From the sequence record SRR22947727_4400: a stretch of DNA of 39,257 nucleotides. The stretch is one strand, 5' to 3'. Below, in pieces: positions 35,800 through 39,257 of the stretch (within the stretch, counting starts at the first letter, position 1; each line of letters begins with the position of its first letter). Made by a program: the position numbers and the translations under genes. The notes under the pieces are model-generated. The model saw nothing but the letters and a program-made list of their open reading frames with translations. It was not told where the DNA came from and did not search any database.

Positions 35800-36903
35800 A
35801 TGAAAATTTTTTCACGCATCATGGCATCGGCAGTGTTTTTAGGCGTTGCAGCCTTGTCGCAGGCCGATAGCCATAGCGGCCACCACGACGCTGCGCTCAC
35901 AGTACTGCGATATGCCGAATTTAATCAGATCGGCAACCCAGCTGACGTGCTCACTGTCAAAGAGGCGGCGTCTCAAGTCCTGAAGAGCGGCGAAGTGAGA
36001 GTGCGCGTATTAGCGGCGCCGATTAACCCGTCAGACCTATTACAGATTGCAGGCCAGTATGGTGTTGCCGCAGTTTTGCCCGCCAGAGCCGGCAGTGAGG
36101 GTGTGGGTCGAGTCGTTGAAGTGACCGCCGAGGCGAGTTACCTCAAAGAAGGTCAGTTAGTGTTGATTTTAGGGGGCGGTACCTGGAGCGATGAGGTGGT
36201 GGCGCCTGAGTCAGGCTTTTTGCCGCTACCCGACATGGGGCCGCTGGCGCCTGCGGTGATTGAGCAGCTGGGCATGTCAGTGGTGAACCCCGTCACGGCA
36301 CTGTTAATGCTGAATTCTTTTGTTGAGCTCAGTGAAGGGCAGTGGATTGTTCAAAGTGCCGCCAACTCTGCTGTTGGTGGATACGTCATTCAGCTCGCTA
36401 AGCAACGCGGCATTAAGACGGTTAATGTCGTCCGCCGGGAAGGACTCGCCGAGCAACTCTATGCCAAGGGGGCTGATGTTGTCTTGATTGACGGGCCAGA
36501 TCTTGCTGAACAGATCGCCGAGGCAACAGGCGGAGAGCCGGTTGCGCTAGCGCTCGACCCGGTGGGTGGTGAGACCTATACCCGACTTACCAGCAGCTTG
36601 GCTTACAGCGGCACAATAGTCGCCTACGGCATGCTGTCGGGACAGCCGGCGACCCTCAATACGGGCATGGCGATTTTCAAGGATATTCGCAACCGCAGCT
36701 TTTGGCTGGCCAAGTGGTATGAACGCGCCACATTGGCCGAGAAGCAAGCCGCCTTCGGCAAGATCATTCCGCTGATTGCCAGCGGCGTACTCACCGCCGA
36801 TGTGGACTCCCGCTTCGCCGTAGGTGACATCACAGCGGCGGTGGCTCGTGCCGCGCAAGACGGCAGAAATGGGAAGGTACTGGTCGTCCCCACGCCTAGA
36901 TAA
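35800..36903 (+). CDS. MDR superfamily oxidoreductase, 2-enoyl thioester reductase (ETR/MECR)-like, with an N-terminal signal peptide
   Basis: AAPINPSDL..I.G.Y, GSEGVG, GTW, VNPVTA, QSAANSAVG, YGMLSG, FWL motifs; no Zn-binding Cys. Confidence 0.85.
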   Translation: MKIFSRIMASAVFLGVAALSQADSHSGHHDAALTVLRYAEFNQIGNPADVLTVKEAASQVLKSGEVRVRVLAAPINPSDLLQIAGQYGVAAVLPARAGSEGVGRVVEVTAEASYLKEGQLVLILGGGTWSDEVVAPESGFLPLPDMGPLAPAVIEQLGMSVVNPVTALLMLNSFVELSEGQWIVQSAANSAVGGYVIQLAKQRGIKTVNVVRREGLAEQLYAKGADVVLIDGPDLAEQIAEATGGEPVALALDPVGGETYTRLTSSLAYSGTIVAYGMLSGQPATLNTGMAIFKDIRNRSFWLAKWYERATLAEKQAAFGKIIPLIASGVLTADVDSRFAVGDITAAVARAAQDGRNGKVLVVPTPR

Positions 36904-36924
36904 CGGATTTCAGTCTGGTGAGGG

Positions 36925-36950
36925 TATCGGCATCGACTATCGGCATCGAC
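36925..36950 (+). repeat. 13-bp perfect tandem duplication (TATCGGCATCGAC)x2
   Basis: Read directly; lies between convergent genes. Confidence 0.85.
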
Positions 36951-36993
36951 TGATGTCGCACCCTCCCCCGGTTAATTCAGCAAGTTGTTTGCT

Positions 36994-37899
36994 TCAGTTC
37001 TGTGACTGGATGCGGTCAATCAAAAAATCCACTGCCACCTTAACCTTCGGCACCCGGTACTGCTGCTTCTGGTACAGCAAGAATATGGCCAGGTCTTTAT
37101 TTTGGTTCACTCGCAGCTTCGGCCTGATCATGAGTTCCTGAGCCGTTCCAGTCTCTAAATCTTGTTTGAGCAACCACCTGGGCGCCATACAAATACCGTG
37201 TCCTAGCGCCACTTGGTTGCGCAACCAGGTGGCATTGTTAGAAATTGAAAAGATTTTGCCCGACACATCAAGCCACTGCCCATCTTGTTCACACAGCCAA
37301 GGCGACGGCCCGTGGGGTGTGCGAAAAAACAGACCTTGATGTGTGCGCAACTCGGTGGCCTTTTTGGGGGTGCCGTTTGAGGCTAGGTAATCAGGCGATG
37401 CTACCGGGATAAATTCGTTGTCCATCAGGCGCACCGCCTGAACCCGCTCGTTGGGTGCGTAGCCCCCTCGGATGGCGATATCGACCTCGTCACGGGACAG
37501 GGTAGACAGCTCGTCACTGAAACTCACATCTAAGGTGATTTCTGGGTACAGGTGTTTAAATTCATCGAGGAGCGGCATTAAGATCTCCTCTCCGAAAGTC
37601 ACCATCGTGCTGATACGCAAGGTGCCGGTGGGGCTTGCCTGATAGGCCCTGACAGACTCATCGCTGGATGCCAGCTGCGCTAGTACATCTTGCACCTGGT
37701 CATAATAAGCCCTACCGATTTCTGTGACTTGAACAACCCGGGTAGTGCGCTTGAGCAGGTTTGCGCCGAGACTCTTTTCAAGGTCAGCAATGCGTCGCGA
37801 CAGAGAGGAGGCAGGCACCGAAAAGCTCTCCGCAGCCTTGGAGAAGCTGCCGGTCTCGACTACTTTACAGAAGTAACGCAACGCCCTGAGTTGATCCAT
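36994..37899 (-). CDS. LysR family transcriptional regulator (CrgA-like)
   Basis: N-terminal HTH (F..VVETGSFSKAA...SSLSRRIADLE..LG..LL.RTTR), GTLRIS, DIAIR. Confidence 0.95.
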   Translation of the reverse strand: MDQLRALRYFCKVVETGSFSKAAESFSVPASSLSRRIADLEKSLGANLLKRTTRVVQVTEIGRAYYDQVQDVLAQLASSDESVRAYQASPTGTLRISTMVTFGEEILMPLLDEFKHLYPEITLDVSFSDELSTLSRDEVDIAIRGGYAPNERVQAVRLMDNEFIPVASPDYLASNGTPKKATELRTHQGLFFRTPHGPSPWLCEQDGQWLDVSGKIFSISNNATWLRNQVALGHGICMAPRWLLKQDLETGTAQELMIRPKLRVNQNKDLAIFLLYQKQQYRVPKVKVAVDFLIDRIQSQN

Positions 37900-37924
37900 G
37901 GCTTTATGCTGAGCCCCGGTTTAT

Positions 37925-37942
37925 TATTGCCATAAAGACAAT
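37925..37942. promoter_or_regulatory. Putative LysR autoregulatory site (ATTG-N9-CAAT), copy 2
   Basis: TATTGCCATAAAGACAAT, about 26 nt upstream of the LysR ATG. Confidence 0.65.
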
Positions 37943-38001
37943 AGAATACCCTAAATAGCGGTAATTAGAGGCCAAAATCTAGGTCTTCCAGGGTTAGCGA
38001 G

Positions 38002-39036
38002 CTAGAGGCCTAGGACCTTGGTCATCTCGAAGCCTTGGGTGGCTCGGCTCCACCGCAGCGTGACGTCGTAGGCACTGCCATCCTCTAGCACCACGTTTTG
38101 CAAGACGACGTCGCCGGTACGTTGATCGAGCTGAGCCGACGACGCCGTAAGCGAGGGAAAACCGACGTCATCGATAAAAGGATCCGGAAATGCCGCCACC
38201 TCAAACGTCGCGGTCCTTTCGATCATCCCGCCATAGTTCGAGTAGGCTCGAACGGTCATGGTGTGCGTCCCCTCTCCCAGCAAGCCAAAGTTAAATGTCT
38301 GACCAAAGCCCGATCGATCTGCGTTGGCAATATTAGAAAATGCGTCACCCACATCACCCCGAGCGCCGCCGTAAGGAATTTCAGCGGTCGGAGCACCATT
38401 GATTAACAGCTCGAGCCGGTCAATTCCACTGGGCGCTACAGCCCAGCCCCTTATATTGGACACCCCGCTCGCAGTGGACTGGCTCGCCGGTTCTTCGAGC
38501 GTCAAATAAAGCTGTTCAATGCCAGCGCCCGCCGTTTTCAGCGTCTGCCTCACTCCCTCCATTTGACCAATGTCGCCTGACCTCCCGCCTACCTCTATTG
38601 AAGCATTTTTAAGATTGAGCGTTCCTTTGAAACCGTCTGCAACCACGCCAGCCCCGAATAGCACAACCGGCATCGTCACCGTTGCGGCGACACCCACCTC
38701 ACCCTCTAGGGACAGGTCAAAACTCACCGTCCCTGCGCAATTGCTCTTCATCGCGTAATTTCCATCGCCATAGGCCAGCTCAAATAGGGGCGATCCGAAT
38801 TGGGACCCCGCAAAGTCGGCCAGGGTAAAATCCTCCACAATAAGACCGCCAGCGCCATCAAAGATCAACATACCCGACATCGGAATCGACGGGCCGGCAC
38901 TGCGTGAGGAATCTGAATCGAAAGTTAGCTGCCCAGACGACGCATAAGCCCCCTGCAAGGATTTATCACTGCAATCGGCGAAGACGGGATACGACAACCA
39001 ATACCCCATGAACAACACAGCGAGACGACGAAACAT
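38002..39036 (-). CDS. Secreted two-domain hypothetical protein with a C-terminal Ig-like domain
   Basis: Signal peptide (VFA|DC); beta-rich N-domain with 2 Cys; C-domain LEEP...SGVSNIRGWAVA...GTHTMTVRAY resembles a bacterial Ig-like fold; GGAG SD supports ATG 39036. Confidence 0.7.
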   Translation of the reverse strand: MFRRLAVLFMGYWLSYPVFADCSDKSLQGAYASSGQLTFDSDSSRSAGPSIPMSGMLIFDGAGGLIVEDFTLADFAGSQFGSPLFELAYGDGNYAMKSNCAGTVSFDLSLEGEVGVAATVTMPVVLFGAGVVADGFKGTLNLKNASIEVGGRSGDIGQMEGVRQTLKTAGAGIEQLYLTLEEPASQSTASGVSNIRGWAVAPSGIDRLELLINGAPTAEIPYGGARGDVGDAFSNIANADRSGFGQTFNFGLLGEGTHTMTVRAYSNYGGMIERTATFEVAAFPDPFIDDVGFPSLTASSAQLDQRTGDVVLQNVVLEDGSAYDVTLRWSRATQGFEMTKVLGL

Positions 39037-39227
39037 TACTCTCTCCGACCTATTCAACATCATAGTTACGATTTAATCATGAACTCAGATGAGTCTTGAT
39101 CATCAGTGCCAGTCAGTTGAAAGACCGATACGTCGGTATATAGTGGTGAATTGCATGGCCGACATCCCGGTCAGATAGCGGCTCGAGCATCTGTAGCAAG
39201 AGTCCCAACCCGGTTGCCGCGATTTCC

Positions 39228-39257
39228 GAAGTTCCGCGCAATGAAGTTCCGCGCAAT
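39228..39257 (+). repeat. 15-bp perfect tandem repeat (GAAGTTCCGCGCAAT)x2 running to the window end
   Basis: Read directly; may continue beyond the window. Confidence 0.8.

Noticed and set aside
35800-36903. AcuI acrylyl-CoA reductase
   Set aside because: Motifs (PINPSD, AANSAVG) match the ETR/MECR subfamily, not YhdH/AcuI.

Overview
A 39.3-kb, gene-dense chromosomal segment of a Gram-negative bacterium. Gene content (yccA-tusDCBE-trmA, dbpA, DUF1415, many lipid/CoA enzymes) fits a gammaproteobacterium, possibly marine and OM60/NOR5 (Halieaceae)-like, but that placement is inference. I found about 40 CDS and no rRNA, tRNA, CRISPR array, transposase or integrase. The main feature is a methanethiol module at 9.4-12.8 kb: a MauG-like diheme enzyme divergent from methanethiol oxidase mtoX (SBP56 family, candidate TTQ Trp pair and Cu-ligand His present) and a SCO/SenC chaperone. 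On its right is an ALDH-metY-alpha/beta hydrolase operon (MetY can assimilate methanethiol or sulfide). On its left is an uncharacterised His-rich TPR lipoprotein. Other notable items: a LysR operator duplicated at both ends of a transporter/reductase/LysR module; an enoyl-reductase-like MDR with an apparent signal peptide beside an NTT/TLC-like transporter; a cluster of exported VOC and cyclase proteins; a dimeric dUTPase; a frameshifted oxidoreductase 3' end; a perfect 14-bp palindrome; and several 12-15 bp tandem duplications. All calls come from motif recognition by eye; no database searches were run.
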